A program made the position numbers and the translations under genes. DNA of 64,000 nt, from NCBI GenBank assembly GCA_034226945.1, contig CP120459.1:806001-870000 (forward strand), given 5' to 3'. This DNA is from Picochlorum sp. SENEW3. Its lineage: Eukaryota. The notes beneath the pieces were generated by a model that saw only the letters and a program-made list of their open reading frames with translations, was not told the DNA's origin and ran no database searches. This document shows positions 12,229 through 26,014 of the stretch, in pieces. Positions within the stretch are counted from its first letter, which is position 1. Every line of letters begins with the position of its first letter.

Positions 12229-12512
12229 ACCTACCGTCGATTCAACACACAAACGCTAGTTGCTTCCGAAAGTAGCGATTGAATCCTTGGTCGTTACACA
12301 GAGACCCGTTCAGACGGCTTTCCACCCCTCACCTGTTCCTAGTGAACTAAATAAATTCGATAATTCAGTCAACAAGGCAGGATACTGGATGCACAGTCAC
12401 CATGAGAGAATTCCCCAAACGTAGGGTTGTTCTTCTACCACCGTCAAAGATAGATATACGCCTAGAGGAATACTACTTGTCGTATATATAGTAACAAATT
12501 AAAACTATGAAA

Positions 12513-13817
12513 TCAACTGTGAGAAGCTGTGCAAAAATGTCTCAATGTATCGTCCAAAACCGAATCATCACAGTCCCCAGTAATGACACAATTGCCCAGG
12601 TCACCCTTGAGCAAAATAAGTCTAATGGTTCCGTCTTGGACTTTTTTATCCACTGCCATGTATGACTTGAATTCATCCACAGTCATTTCTTCAGGTGGGG
12701 TGGTAGGGAGTCTTGCTTTGATGATGAGTTTTTTAATTCTCTCATCCAGTTCACTGCTGATCCACCCCAATCGCTTTGACATGTCAGATGCCATGATTAT
12801 ACCAGTACCGACGGCTTCTCCGTGAAGCCACGTTCCGTATCCTGCCGCTGCTTCTATCGCATGACCGAATGTATGTCCCAAATTCAAGGTCGCTCGGACA
12901 CCACCCTCTTTCTCATCCTCTGCCACCACCTCTGCCTTGTTGGCACAGCTCCTCTGGATGGCATAGGTGAATGCCTCTGGGTCTCTCGCAAGCAACCTAT
13001 CCATGTTCTCTTCCAACCATACAAACAATTCTGCATCTCGAATAAGACCATATTTGATAATTTCCGAAATACCGGATGCTAATTCACGGTCTGGAAGGGT
13101 ATCTAAAGATGCGGTATCAATCAACACACACTGAGGCTGGTAAAATGCACCAATCATGTTTTTACCCAAAGGATGATTCACACCTGTCTTTCCTCCGACA
13201 GAAGAGTCCACCTGAGCCATAACCGTCGTCGGTACTTGTATGAAATTCACCCCACGCTGATATGATGCAGCACCAAAACCAGTCATATCTCCAACAACCC
13301 CTCCCCCAAGGGCCACAAACGTCGTCCTTCTATCAAGTCGACACTCCAACGCCTTGTCCCAGATTTGTGAAAGAACATGCACTGATTTATACTCCTCTCC
13401 ATCCGGCAGGATGACCACATCAGCCTTGATCCTACCATCTTCTGTAATAGCTTTGACACACCTATCCAAGTACAGAGGCGCAATCGTCTCATTCGTCACA
13501 ATGAGCGCCGTCTTCCCAGGAATATGTTTACGAAGAAGCTCTCCTTGATCCAAAATATCCTTTCCGATGTAGATTGGATACGAACGTTCCCCAAAATCGA
13601 CATGTTCAATTTCCATGGCTGCTGAGCCTGCTGCCGATGCGTGACAGATACTCATTCCATTGATATTGCTTCTGGATGAGAATGTGGCTGTTCGTCGTTC
13701 CTCACCACCTCGTGGGTGGTGGGAATGATATCGAGCTCTCTGTGCTGTTCCAGAGTGGAAGAGTGTTCCAAGTCTCTGAACAACCCCTCCCTTCACTGGT
13801 AACGTCGCGATTGCCAT
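12513..13817 (-). CDS. aroB: 3-dehydroquinate synthase, plastid-targeted
   Basis: [61 protein letters not shown]-terminal transit peptide. Confidence 0.97.
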   Translation of the reverse strand: MAIATLPVKGGVVQRLGTLFHSGTAQRARYHSHHPRGGEERRTATFSSRSNINGMSICHASAAGSAAMEIEHVDFGERSYPIYIGKDILDQGELLRKHIPGKTALIVTNETIAPLYLDRCVKAITEDGRIKADVVILPDGEEYKSVHVLSQIWDKALECRLDRRTTFVALGGGVVGDMTGFGAASYQRGVNFIQVPTTVMAQVDSSVGGKTGVNHPLGKNMIGAFYQPQCVLIDTASLDTLPDRELASGISEIIKYGLIRDAELFVWLEENMDRLLARDPEAFTYAIQRSCANKAEVVAEDEKEGGVRATLNLGHTFGHAIEAAAGYGTWLHGEAVGTGIIMASDMSKRLGWISSELDERIKKLIIKARLPTTPPEEMTVDEFKSYMAVDKKVQDGTIRLILLKGDLGNCVITGDCDDSVLDDTLRHFCTASHS

Positions 13818-14026
13818 GTCTACTGTTCACGTTTCCTTGTATTCTAATGCATGGTATCCAGAAGGAGGAGGGCGTATCTATGATACAAACCTCGAACGGA
13901 CTTAATCGGGAGTGTTCTCTTCCTTGAAAGAAACAAAAAGAAAGCTTCAATTCTTAAGAATTGGTCTTTCTTTTTTAGGAGACACGGTTGACGATGCATC
14001 CCCCTTGGTTGTTGTATTTCATAATA

Positions 14027-14455
14027 ATGAAGATACAATGTCATCGGTCGTCTAGGTACCACACCGCTACGGCATTGGCATGGCGACGTCCACATGGGGA
14101 AGCACGAAGAGAGGGACTCGGTAGAAGAAGACAATGTACTCGAATCAATGCGGTGGATCCTAGTGTGACTCAAGATGTGATTATTGGTGGAGCGGTGGCT
14201 GTGTCTGTGGGGGCGACGCTGTATTTTGCCTTGTCAAAGGAGCCAGAGGTGTGTCCTTCGTGTGCTGGGTCGGGCGGTGTCGTGTGTTTTGCGTGTCAGG
14301 GGAGTGGTATAATGGATGGTACTGTGCCAGAGGAGATTGAGGCAGAAGCTCGGCGTGGGTCTCTGGGGAGGAATAGGTCCAAGAATGAATGTAGAGTGTG
14401 TCAGGGTGTGGGAAGACTGCTGTGTAAAAAATGTGGTGGAACAGGATATAGATGA
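14027..14455 (+). CDS. DnaJ-type zinc-finger (CxxCxGxG x4) protein with transit peptide and one TM helix, no J-domain
   Basis: CPSCAGSG, CFACQGSG, CRVCQGVG, CKKCGGTG; hydrophobic segment VIIGGAVAVSVGATLYFAL. Confidence 0.8.
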   Translation: MKIQCHRSSRYHTATALAWRRPHGEARREGLGRRRQCTRINAVDPSVTQDVIIGGAVAVSVGATLYFALSKEPEVCPSCAGSGGVVCFACQGSGIMDGTVPEEIEAEARRGSLGRNRSKNECRVCQGVGRLLCKKCGGTGYR

Positions 14456-14570
14456 ATCTATATATACGATGTAATATATATATCTATGCATTTGTGCTCG
14501 CAAGCTTGTTCTTTCTTCTTATGTTGTTGGTGTTCGTGTCATGATGGTCAGCAACAGTCTGTGTGTTTGT

Positions 14571-16712
14571 CTAGTATCCAGGGGGGCCATAGCCTCCAGG
14601 GGGTCCTCGTTGTCCAAAGTGGCGTCCGCGGCCTCGTTGACCACCTGGTGCGCGAGAGTCGCTTGTTCGTCTTCGTGATGGATCTGATGCGTTTCGTAGA
14701 CAACCTATCAAGTATCCCCCGGGATTACGTACCCTTTCAGGGTCGGATCCACCAAAATCAGCGAGTATACTCATTGCTTGGGAGTGTGGCATGGCTTCGA
14801 GCATACCGATCGCGCGATCATCGAACTGATCTAATACAAGTCTTCCTTGCCACTTTGGATCGCCAAGAATTTCATCGATTTTCGTTTGAAGTGCAGGAGA
14901 CAACCTCCCTGCTGGACCTGGGAGTTGGACAGTTCGTGCACTAGGGATTGGTGCAGCGGCTGGATCATATACTGTGCTTGAATACATACTTCCATATCCA
15001 TGGGACGCTGCTTGTGGCACAGGGGCGGCTAATGGCGGGGCAACATGGGTCGAAAGGGGTGGTGCATCCTCTCGCCTTGGGTACTTTGATGCAACTTCGA
15101 TAAAGACTCTGTTGATGGTTGCCAAGTCATCTGGGGCTGATTTCATTCTTTCGGAAGTTTCGTTCACTGCCTTGACACTGTTCGGTGCGTCCAAACCTGC
15201 CAGAAGAAGCCAAGAATGGTCATCCAAGACGCTCACAAGTTTGTTTTGCTCGACATCCCATAATTGTTGCAGGCGCAGAGCGGCAGCAGGGTGGACATAC
15301 TTTGCATGTGGTGAGAGAGCTTGGAATTCGTCGACGCGAACTCCCCATTGAACTTGTTCCAAAGCATAGTGTTTTGCTTGGGTGTCAGGGAGAGGACTTG
15401 GGCTTGGGCCAGCCAGAGATGACAAAACTCCTTGGGCATGGTCATATGGTGTGCCCGTTATTCCTGTGCCGACTGTCGGCTGTCTCTGAGATGTAGGGAC
15501 ATAATTGTACGATTTTTGTCGCGGCGAAGAGGGAGCAGCATGCTCTCGTCTGTCACTTGTATGCCTAGGTTTCAACTTGCCTGACCTCCATCCTTGCTCA
15601 GTTGTACCTATTTGCGCCATGAAATATGCTGCACAGACATTGTATATATATTCTGTAAATCTTTTATCTCAAAAAACGCGAGTATCATTCATGGACGTAC
15701 CAGTCATGTTGCGCACTGCCCGGAGATTACGTGTGGAAAACAACTCCATGATCAAAATCTGCAATTCCTCGGGCTTCTCAGCCAGAGTCTTCAATGCTTT
15801 TCCATCCAATTCACCTTCTCTCAGAAGATGAGAATCCTGCAAGTCTTGTAGAATAGCTCGTGCTCGCGGAGCAATATCCCGAACCGTGCCACGAGCTTTC
15901 GTAGAGGCAGCACCGTCACTGCTGCCTTTCGATAAACGCCTCAGCATACTCGACAAATAGGCCGAAAAATTCCGAATTTTCGATGTGCGCACGGAATGAT
16001 CCAACATTTTCATCGCTTCCAGCGATTCCTTCTTGGGCATCTTTGACAACTGCTGTATCACCCTGCTATCAATAACCTTGGGCTGCATCTTGGAGTACTC
16101 GAGAATCACAGCAAGCCGCTTCCTTGTACCAGGATCAATTTGACTATATCGTGGATTCGTTTCCAATTCTTTTTCAATCCGAATGAGCTCATCCTCGTCC
16201 CCCTCTCCTCCTGCAGCGCTGTTCTTCTCATACGAGGCAGGAGGAGCAACCTCACCCCTCACAACTCCCTCCTCCTCCGACGATGATGGGTGTTGAACAT
16301 CATCTCCATTTTCTTCTTTCTGGGGTTTGACGTCCTCTTCCTTCTGGGGTTTGTCGTTCGGCGTGTCGTCCGTCACAGGAAGAAGCTCTTCCTCCTGTTC
16401 TTCTTCCTTTGTCTCACCATTCGCAGCATCGTGTTCTTCCTTTTTCTTTTCTTCATCATTACCCGCATCAGGATTGGTTATTTCCACGTCTCCGTCGTCT
16501 TCCACATGAACATCATCCACTTCCTGATCGACGACAACCTCGGCTTCTTCCTTCTTCTTCCTGCCCTTTTTAGGCTGAGTTTTGGCTTTTTTACGACCCT
16601 TTGCAGCAACAGGAGCTTTCTGTTGTTGAGCATCCTCGTCTTTGACGACGTCAGGAGTCTCTTGTTTCTCCGGTTCCACCGCAGCGGCACTCCTCTTCCT
16701 CGTTGTCACCAT
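14571..16712 (-). CDS. Acidic N-terminal protein with tandem hnRNP-Q acidic-domain-like helical repeats and an RG-rich tail; exons 16712-15701, 15628-14571
   Basis: Intron 15629-15700 (GTACGT..TGCAG) joins two track ORFs in frame (..VRNMT-AYFMAQI..); repeated [LF]DxxAxxxL...[VI]RNxx[AG]Y[LF] motif. Confidence 0.75.
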
Positions 16713-17009
16713 AGAGTTGTTCTACCACACTATTAGCATATATTCACACAACGTAATACTATTACAACGATGAGAAGGCTCTGTCGATTGATGAATCCTC
16801 GTATCTCGCCGATTTCTCGGTCAATCGATGGGTGATGGAAGTAAACCATCAACGATAGTCTTTCATGGGATGATGGATATATATCGAATGTATCGAATCA
16901 AGGAATCAAGGACGCAACGCTGTCGTATGGTCTGTGGATGTCCATGACGGCGTGACAATAGGATCGCATTATACTTCATTTATAGAATCAATATACTATT
17001 ATTGATACA

Positions 17010-19248
17010 ATGTCAGCGTCAACGGCTACCCAATCCATGACTGGTGCGTTTGCATGGTTCTAGAATGTCGTCTTGTCTGAGATGCGCATTCACGCGTGTA
17101 TTCGGTGTTGATGGGGATGGGATGGGGTACATTTTGGATCTAGAGAGATATCAAGAGACATCATGGGTGGGGGGATGGGTGCGATACGAGTGTAGGCTGG
17201 GGCGACGTGCCTGGGGTAGTGGGGTTGTGCTGTGGTTGACAGCCTGCGTGTTGCGATGGGGTCATGCATTGATTGGAGAGATAGTACATTGTACATGATG
17301 TAATTTTTTGGTTGTTTTGTGGGGGAGGTTGATCGGAATGGGTGGGTTTATCGTGGTGGTAGAGTTTGGGGTCCACCGCCGGGAGGAGGAGGACGGGGTG
17401 CTTCTGGAAGCATGGTGGATGGATCGATCAAACCACCAATGTGGTGCAGTGGAAAGGCTCCGAGTGCTGTATCTGTTGTTGGAGAAAATTGTTACATATT
17501 TTTGACATCATCTGGTGTGCGTGTGTGTAGGTTTGAACAGTGTACGCAAGCTGTCACAGCAGCAGCGACGTGCTGCCTCCATGGGCAGAGGGCGCTCCAT
17601 GGTTGTGACCCGCGCCGCCAAGGAACTTCATTTCAATACCAATGGAGAAGCTTTGAAGAAGATGCAGAGTGGTGTGGACAAGTTGGCATCCGTTGTGGGT
17701 GTCACCTTGGGACCAAAGGGACGTAATGTTGTGCTCGAGTCCAAGTATGGATCTCCAAAGATTGTCAATGATGGAGTGACTGTGGCAAGGGAAGTTGAAT
17801 TGGAAGATCAGGTTGAGAATATTGGAGCCATGTTGGTGAGACAGGCTGCATCGAAGACGAATGATTTGGCTGGAGATGGAACAACAACAGCCACCATCTT
17901 GTCTGCTGCTATGATTGCCGAGGGAATGAAGATTGTCATGTCTGGAGTCAATCCAGTGCAGTTGATTAGAGGTATGGAGAAGACTGTTGAGTTCCTTGTG
18001 GGTGAGTTGCAGAAGATTTCCACGGATGTGTCTGATGAGGCTCTCAAGGATGTGGCCACTGTGTCTGCTGGAGGAAACGAAAAGGTTGGTGAGCTCATTC
18101 AGAGTGCTATGGCTCGAGTTGGACGCCAAGGAGTTGTGACAATGGAGGAGTCCAAGACTGCTGAGGATACATTGACTGTTGTGGAGGGAATGCAGTTTGA
18201 CAGGGGCTACATCTCACCATACTTTGTGACTGACCCAGAGAGGATGGTTGCCGAGTACGAGAACTGCAAGATTTTGATGGTAGACAAGAAGATTTCTACT
18301 GCCCGTGATATGATTGGAATCTTGGAAGGTGCTATTCGTTCCGGAAGCCCTCTTTTGATCATGGCAGAAGACATTGAGCAGGAGGCTTTGGCAACCCTTG
18401 TTGTCAACAAGCTTCGTGGAACTCTTAAAGTGTGCGCTGTCAAGGCTCCAGGATTCGGAGAGAGAAAGACATCCTATCTTGAAGATATTGCTATTTTGAC
18501 CGGTGGGCAGATGGTCAAGGAAGAGCTTGGCATCAACTTGGAGACCTGTGATGAGAGTGTTCTCGGAACTGCTGCCAAGGTGGTGGTGAGCAAGGAATCC
18601 ATCACTATTGTTGGTGATGGCTCCTCTCAGGCTGATGTAGAAGCTCGTGTTAAGCAGATCAAGAATATTGTAGCCAACACAGAGCAGGAGTATGAGAAGG
18701 AGAAGTTGAATGAGCGTATTGCTCGTCTCTCTGGAGGTGTTGCTGTGATTCAGGTTGGTGCTCAGACAGAGACAGAGCTGAAGGAAAAGAAACTTCGAGT
18801 GGAGGATGCCCTTAATGCCACCAAGGCTGCTGTTGAGGAGGGTATTGTCACTGGAGGAGGATGCACACTCCTTCGTTTGTCAGGAAAGGTTGACTCCTTC
18901 AAAGACACATTGGTGAATGATGAGCAGAAGATGGGTGCAGATGTGGTGAAGCGTGCTCTGCCATACTCTTTGAAGCTCATTGCTTCTAATGCAGGAGATA
19001 ACGGATCTGTAGTCATGCAGAAGATTTTGGAGAGCTCATCTGATAGCTTTGGATATAATGCTGCCAATGGTGAGTTCTGTGACCTCTTGGAAGCTGGAAT
19101 CATTGACCCAACAAAGGTCGTTAGATGTGCTTTGGAGAACTCTGCATCAGTTGCTCGTACATTCTTGATGTCTGATGTTGTGGTCACTGCTATCCCAGAG
19201 CCAGAGGCTGCTCAGCAGGCAGGAATGGATGCCATGGGAGGATACTAA
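17010..19248 (+). CDS. CPN60B: Chloroplast chaperonin 60 beta subunit; exons 17010-17043, 17531-19248
   Basis: AAKELHFN...[39 protein letters not shown]; short first exon [12 protein letters not shown] joined by a 487-nt GT-AG intron. Confidence 0.93.
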
Positions 19249-19332
19249 ACACTCTTTTTAACATATCATTTAGCTCAAATCAGAATGCAGCACCATTACA
19301 TTCGTATATCCATGTAAAACATTTTTATACAA

Positions 19333-22300
19333 CTAGTAATCAAGGTCAAGATCAAATTCAGGAAGATCATCTTGCTCAGGAGGAGCCGATGCGACAGGGA
19401 GTGGTGCAGGGGCTGGCAGACCAAGGCTCTCAATACCAGATCGCATGTAGTCGACAAGGCCAATTCCTAGTTCCACAACGATAGGAACCTTCTTCGCTCC
19501 ATGAGAATGGTAGATCGATGCATTTTCACTAATCTGCTCGATATCAGCCATGAATTCTTCGACTGATTTATATCTCCCTGCATTGGCTTTCTTTCTAATG
19601 TCCTGCAGACAAATCTCCTTTGACCTGGGTACAAAATCATTGTAGTCTTTATAATGAGACTTCAACACGGGGCTGACAAAAGTGAAATAGTATGTAGTAA
19701 GGCCTTTTTTATAAAGTGGCTCCCCTTCTTTCTTGGCTTTATCAAGAAGAGATATAATGCCCTTGTTGAGCTCATCCATGGGACCAGAGCCTCTCTTTTT
19801 GGTCTTTGCCTTCCGTGCCTCAGCCTCATCATATTCCTCATCACCATCCAAATCGAGTGATACATCGTACTCCGTGTACTTTTGCGACGTGCGGGGTGCT
19901 CTTCTGCTACTTGACCTTCTCGGTGCGATCCCAAATCCTTCATCCATGGAATCTTCATCATCCTCCAAATCACCATATTGCTCTCTTCGTTTTGTCGGTC
20001 GTGCCCGCTTCGATTTTCTCTTACTACTTCTTGATGGCTTACTGCCTTCATAGTACTCTTGATCATCGTCGAAAATATCAGCAGTAAAATCCTCATCCTG
20101 ACCCTCATTGTCCTCATACCCAGTTAAGAACTCAGTGTACTGGGCAAATTTTGCCCTTGACTTTCTGCTGCCAAGTTCGGCTGGCTCAGGCTCGAGTTCA
20201 TCCAGACTAAAATCAGGTACGTCAATTACTGGTTCAACGGGCTCTGGCTTCTTCTTTGGTTTGGGCTGGCTCTTCTTGACGGGTTTGGGTTTGGACGGCT
20301 TTGGCTTTTTTGGCTCCTTCTTCCCATGCAAGGCTTCAAGCTCTTCTGGAGCTGCTTGGAACGCTCCTTCCTTTAATTCCATCTCAGGAGCATATTCCTC
20401 CTCCTCCTCTTCTTCATTCAGTTCCTCAGAGGCCATATCACTCCATTCGTCCTCCCCAAGTTCATCATCTCCATATGCTTTTACTTTCCTTGCTCTGCGT
20501 GATGGCCGACTGGCTGATATTGTTTGCTCCATAAAGACATCATCTCGGAGTTCTTCATACTCATACGATTTTCTTCCACGACCTCTACCTCTGCCTGGCT
20601 TCTTCAGAGCTCCACCTCTGCTCCCTCTGCCACCCCGGCTGCCTCTGCCGCCTCGACTGCCTCTGCCACCTCTGCTCCCTCGTCCTCTTGAAAATCCCTT
20701 ACTTTTTGCGGCGGCATATCCAAGTTTCTTGATCCTACCTTCTATATGCGGCTTCCATTGAACACTGCGAGTGTGAAATCCGAACGCGCTCATCGACCCA
20801 TCTTCTTTGGGATACAAGGAAGCAAGCATGTGTGGGCGATCCCTCCCACCATATGTAACCTCCTTGATTTTCACAAATGATCCATCTGCCTGCAGCTCAA
20901 ATATTTCTCTACGAATCCTTCGTGTTTTACCTGGAACCAGTTTGACTCCTTCGAGCCCAGTTGTCTGGTCTGTCGCTGCTTCAGCTGCCTTATTAGGTTC
21001 AGCTTCATTTTGGGCAGGTCCATCTATCAGACCGGCTGCTCTCATTTCCTCTAGATGTTTCGCCTCATCTTGCGCCGAAGGAGAATCTTCTCTCTTACTC
21101 TTGCTCTTCTTCTTGTCAGCTTCATCCTCGCTTTCATCTTCGAGTTCAGCTTGTAATTCGGCTTCCAGATCATCCTGTGCGCCTAAATCATCCCCTACTG
21201 TATCATTCAAAAAGTTAACTTGCTTGTTAAATATTTCTTGAGCTCTCTCCCTGTAACGCTTCTGTAGCTCCAGTAAAGTCGTTTTTTGTTGTCGAACAAA
21301 TTTACCCACGCCTAAAACAGCCCCATCTGCAGCAGAGGCATTCGCAAGCTGCCTTACAAGGTCAATCCTGGTCCAGCGAGCAAGGGGATCAATCTCTGAT
21401 TCGTCAAGCCCGAATTCCATCAACTTTTTCTTTGCCTGCTGTGTTGTCATCCTACGAAGATCTGCATCTGTACCTTGGACTTTACTAGCTTTTGTTTTGC
21501 TGGTTTGTTTTGAATCGTCAAACCCAGAACTTTTGTGCCTCACGTCCCTGATATAAGAGTATCCAGTGCCTCTTCCAGTCGGATCACCTGGTCCATGAAG
21601 TCTCATTGTTGCTCTTCCTTCCCTAAAGGATGTTACAAACGCATCTGATAAAGACCAAGCCGCAGTTTGTAGAGCATGCTCCACGGCCTTGGCTGCCATC
21701 TGAATATCAGGGTCATCAGGGAGCATCTCTGCCGCCAATCTAAGTTTCTCAGGCACCACCCCGCCGAACGCATCATTGTTGTAGATTCCACGCTGTTTCA
21801 GTCGGATCTGAGCCGCAAATGTCGCTTCTGTGACACACGCATCTTCCGGAGATACCATCTTTTTCAACTCTGCCTCTGTTGGAATTCGTGCACCATGTGC
21901 AAGGGTATAAAATTCATCATGCCCATTCTTGGATACATACTTCAGATTGCACTCCTTGAAAAACATCCTGATCATATTGATTGGACGTCCTTTAAACATT
22001 TGAGAAGTTTTCAACAGGCTCACACATGGGATCTCCTCTGTGAATCCTCTGCCTTCCAATGCAGCCTTGGTCCTCTCACGCTCTATTCGTGCTTGCTCTG
22101 TCCTCAAAGTGCGCATGACATAGACGTGGATTCTCCTTTCCTGTAAATCTTTCAAAGATCTAGTATTTGGCGGTGGAATTCGATGCAAAGGAAGTTCCTG
22201 GCCACAAATGAATGTGCCTTGGACCTCTCGAACTCGTAAGGTTCCTGCCACTGATCTAGTTACCAAGAAATCTGCCGGGTTTGGATTGTAGGGGTATGCT

Positions 22301-24843
22301 GGACATGTTGCAAGGCCTGTTTCAAATGCTAGTTGATTATTTCCTGGAGAAACTTGCCCTAAAAATGGAGACTCGTCATCGTCACCCAACCCAACAACAG
22401 CTCCAGTTTTCCATTTACAACCACTCTTTTCTGCCTTGTCCTTCAAGGACAGGTGCCCCTGGTCTGCGGATGATTTCTTCCTGTAATATGTGGTCAATCT
22501 TGCACCCATACCAGGATGGTTCAGCAACATTGGGAACTCTTCCATGTACTCTACTAGGAAAATGCTTCCACACTGACCAGCTTTCAACTCTCTTCTTGTC
22601 GAAAAGACAAATGGGGGCCTAAGGAGAGTTGTGCTAGACTCCTCTGGGATTTTCTCAGCATCCTTTGTTTTGAACCAATCAACGTCCTGATATACAACCA
22701 CAATTCCAATAGCAGAAGTCGAGCTCCTCTCAAATATTGGATCCAAAAGATTTGCATCTGGCTGCACCTCAGTCGGCGGATTCCCCGGCAAGAAAAATTT
22801 TGGAGAGATTGTCTGCTGAATCTCCTTCGCATCTTCAAATGCTGAGGCCACTGTCTTCACTTGATTCCATAAATCACTGATCTTGGTTCCAGCAGGATCT
22901 TCAACGTGAAAAGTTTTTTGCGACTGCCTTGGAAATAGTGTCCATAGAGTCACCTTCACCTCCTTTGAGCTAGGCTGTCTGATGGTTTTCTTGTCCAACG
23001 GAGCAAAAACAGAGCGTGGCCTATGCCAGTGCAAGGCCTGCTGTTCTGAAAGATCCAAAGGAATTGTATGCAATAATGTAGCGAACTTTGAGTGATACAC
23101 TGTCCTGCCAACCCTTCCTGTTCCTTTCCTCCTAGGAGCAGCAAAGTATACGTCATCTTTGCTAATGTTTATTGCTTTAAGCATTTTTTTGGGATCATGT
23201 ATGTTTTGGACCTCAGGTATTTCACTATTCCTCGATTTTTTGTTCATCAAAAGGGCCTGAGCATGCCGGTACAGACGCAGTTCGGACTTTGTTCCGTCTT
23301 CCATCTCAAACACTAAGTGAGGGTCATTCAAGTCGTAGAAGAATTCCGCAGGTTTATCTCTTGACCAAGAAGTAACAGACCTCCTAATATCTGACTTTTT
23401 CTCTTCTACATCCGTGATTTTGATGCCTCGCAGCGCTCTTCTCAATAAGGGAGCAGTACCAAGGATGTCATTAGAACCAACTACAGAAAGGCCCTTGTCT
23501 GGATCATCCTTATGCTTGTTATCCAGTTCCTTTTCCCAAGATTTCACGATCGAACTTTGCAAGGCAAATGAGATCCCAAGAGGATCAAATGTATCAACTT
23601 GCTCTTTATTTCTATCAATGTCTATTTCAGAGTCAGAGTCATGTCCAGAGACCCCAGGAGCACCTTGTCTGTTGGCACTAGAAACTGCATGGCCCCAGTC
23701 TCTCTGGCAAATAGGCTCAAAGACATACTCTGGAATAACAGGGAATGAAATCGCGTCCTTTTCCTCGTGAAACTTCTCTCGATGCCGTGCTGCTCTCTCC
23801 TTCCTGACGGTCTCCCTCTCTCTCTTTTCTGCATCATCCTGCTCTACAGCTGCCTCGGTGCCAATTTCAGCAACTAATTCCATCTCCTCCTCCTGCTGCT
23901 CTTCCTCCTCCTCCTCCTCCCCATACCCCATTCTCTCGGATTCGTCGCTCTCATCCACATCTCCGGGTTGAATTATTTGGTCCGCCAATCCAAGTTTCTC
24001 TAGCGAGCGCCTATCCGCCAAAAGAAACTCTTCATCATCCACAGCTGGCCCCTCCTCTTGTTTCGGCAGCACAGTGCGTTTCTCTGAAACCTTCTCACCC
24101 CCTTTCTTCTCCTCCATTTCAAGAACCATAGACTTGAACAATACTGAAAAATCGAGAATCGAGTCTCCAGCCGCAGAGCGCCCGAGAATTGGCAATTTCA
24201 CACCAACAGCTTTCACACGCTCATCTTGAGTCTCCCGAGTAACCTTTTCAACTCGTCTCACTGGCTCCAACACACTCCTCTCTCGCTCTTTCACCGGAAT
24301 TTCTTCTTCACTCTCAGCATCATAATCTTCAAACTCAGCCTCGGCACCCGCTCCATCCTGCTCCACCTCTGCCACCTCAATAAGTTCATCCTCGTCCATA
24401 AAGTCCTCTGCATCTTTCTCCGCCTTGAACTCATTCATCTCAAATTCTTTCGCATCCTGCTCCTGCCTTGCTTTATCTTCTTCCGCAATATCATCATCCT
24501 ACGGCATACAAACCCCCAATGAGATTAAAAACTGGGTGCAACTGTGTTACATTGTAACAGTCATGACACCAAGCTCTTCCCGTACCTGGAGCTTCAGAAC
24601 AGCCTTTTGCTTATTGAAATTTGCCAATTGTCTCAATACTCCCTGGATACAATGATAATGGTCAGTCTTATATCAACCAGTGGCACATTCGAATAGAAAG
24701 AATACAGTCGTCTTCTTCATGAGGACTCTTCCCCCACCCACCTTGTCCAATTCGTATTCTTCTTCTAATTCACTGTCTTCTCCAACATTTCCAAACATAA
24801 AACCCAGCATGGGGTCTTCATTCCTCTCGTCGTCGTCAGACAT
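19333..24843 (-). CDS. TAF1: TFIID subunit 1 (TAF1); exons 24843-24742, 24642-24586, 24498-19333
   Basis: N-terminal TBP-binding LGFMFGNV; LVEYMEEFPMLLNHPGMG; GPGDPTGRGTGYSY; GTDADLRRM; LARWTRIDLVRQL; C-terminal bromodomain-like region; two in-frame GT-AG introns. Confidence 0.9.
20580..20690 (-). repeat. Coding tandem repeat encoding (RGGRGS)n plus GRGRGR inside TAF1
   Basis: SRGRGSRGGRGSRGGRGSRGGRGSRGGALKKPGRGRGRGR; ~18-bp degenerate units. Confidence 0.8.
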
Positions 24844-25156
24844 GGCAGCTTGCTGCTTTCAAGAAAAAAAACACGACGCAACCGAGCGAATTTCACATCT
24901 ATGGCGCAACAGACATGGTTATTTTACATTTACATTTACTAATAAAGTGTTTCTTGTTTGGATATGGCGCATTTGAATGATTTTTGATCTCATGGCATGT
25001 CCCATCTGTCGTCCAGCCTGCACAGGTGATGAAGACCTGCAGGTGTATCTGCGTTTCTTTCGTCGCCTCTACCAACCAAATGCAAAAGGTGATGATTCAC
25101 TCATGAAGAAGATGACACCATTGATTGACGACAAAGAAGAAGAAAAAGACTATCAA

Positions 25157-25779
25157 TTACTTTGTGCAGGAAGCAGCATAGACAAATTGATCAAAATTCA
25201 ACTCAATCTTCCCTGTGTGTTCCACATCAAACATGTTGAACACAATGCTCGCTGATTTCAGAAAAGCAATACAGGAAATGTAATCTGAGAATCTGTAATC
25301 ATGTGATTCATCAGGATCGAATATACGGCAGAGCGATTGCAAAACCTTTTCCTGAATGTTGTATCCGTGGTGGTGTGTGACCAGAAAGCATAGTTGTTCT
25401 GCATTGATTCGATTCTTTATAGTCACGGCTTTGGACTGGAACTGTTTCACGAGAGTATCGATGAGTCGCTTCAAGTGTTCAAACTGCGCATTGTTTTCAC
25501 ATACATGAGAAATTTTCATGAAAAAAGCCACTGTGTCTCTTTTCAGTGAAAAAGTGGACTTACCTCGTGGACTTCGATACGGCCGCTCTTGTCAAAATCT
25601 GCCAGCCGTAATAATTGGGCTACTTGATATTCATTTAAATCCAAAGAAGAGAAAGCAAAGACGTCGCGAAGCTCGTGAATATCAATGCTTCCGGAGTTGT
25701 CCCTGTCGAAGAGTTCGAACAAGTTGCCGGCGCTTTGGTCATCGCTCCCTGTCGATGTACGACTTCTTGTTCTCTCCAT
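25157..25779 (-). CDS. EF-hand calcium-binding protein, penta-EF-hand-like; exons 25779-25564, 25483-25157 (an upstream ATG at 25830 is possible)
   Basis: FDRDNSGSIDIHEL, ADFDKSGRIEVHE, FDPDES, FNMFDVEHTGKIELNFDQF; intron 25484-25563 (GTAAGT..GCAG) keeps the frame. Confidence 0.8.
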
Positions 25780-26014
25780 GCACGTATGAATAACAAGAAA
25801 GAAATTATCTTTCACTATTGCATTGTACATGCGGCAATGTCGAATGCAAATCGCGAGGCATTGTTCCCGTACATGCTCTTACAGCCAGGGAACAATTGGG
25901 TGACACTGCAGCCTAGGTTACACATGTATGTGACGCCGTATGCCTGGCATGAATGGAAAATATCATAGCAATAAAACAAATTCTCTACAATCTACTTATT
26001 TGTATGGTACACGT

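Noticed and set aside
24977..25255. 92-aa + strand ORF overlapping the EF-hand gene end
   Set aside because: No recognisable motif; lies antisense in the likely EF-hand 3'UTR, whose minus-strand TGTAA signals are near 24924-24934.
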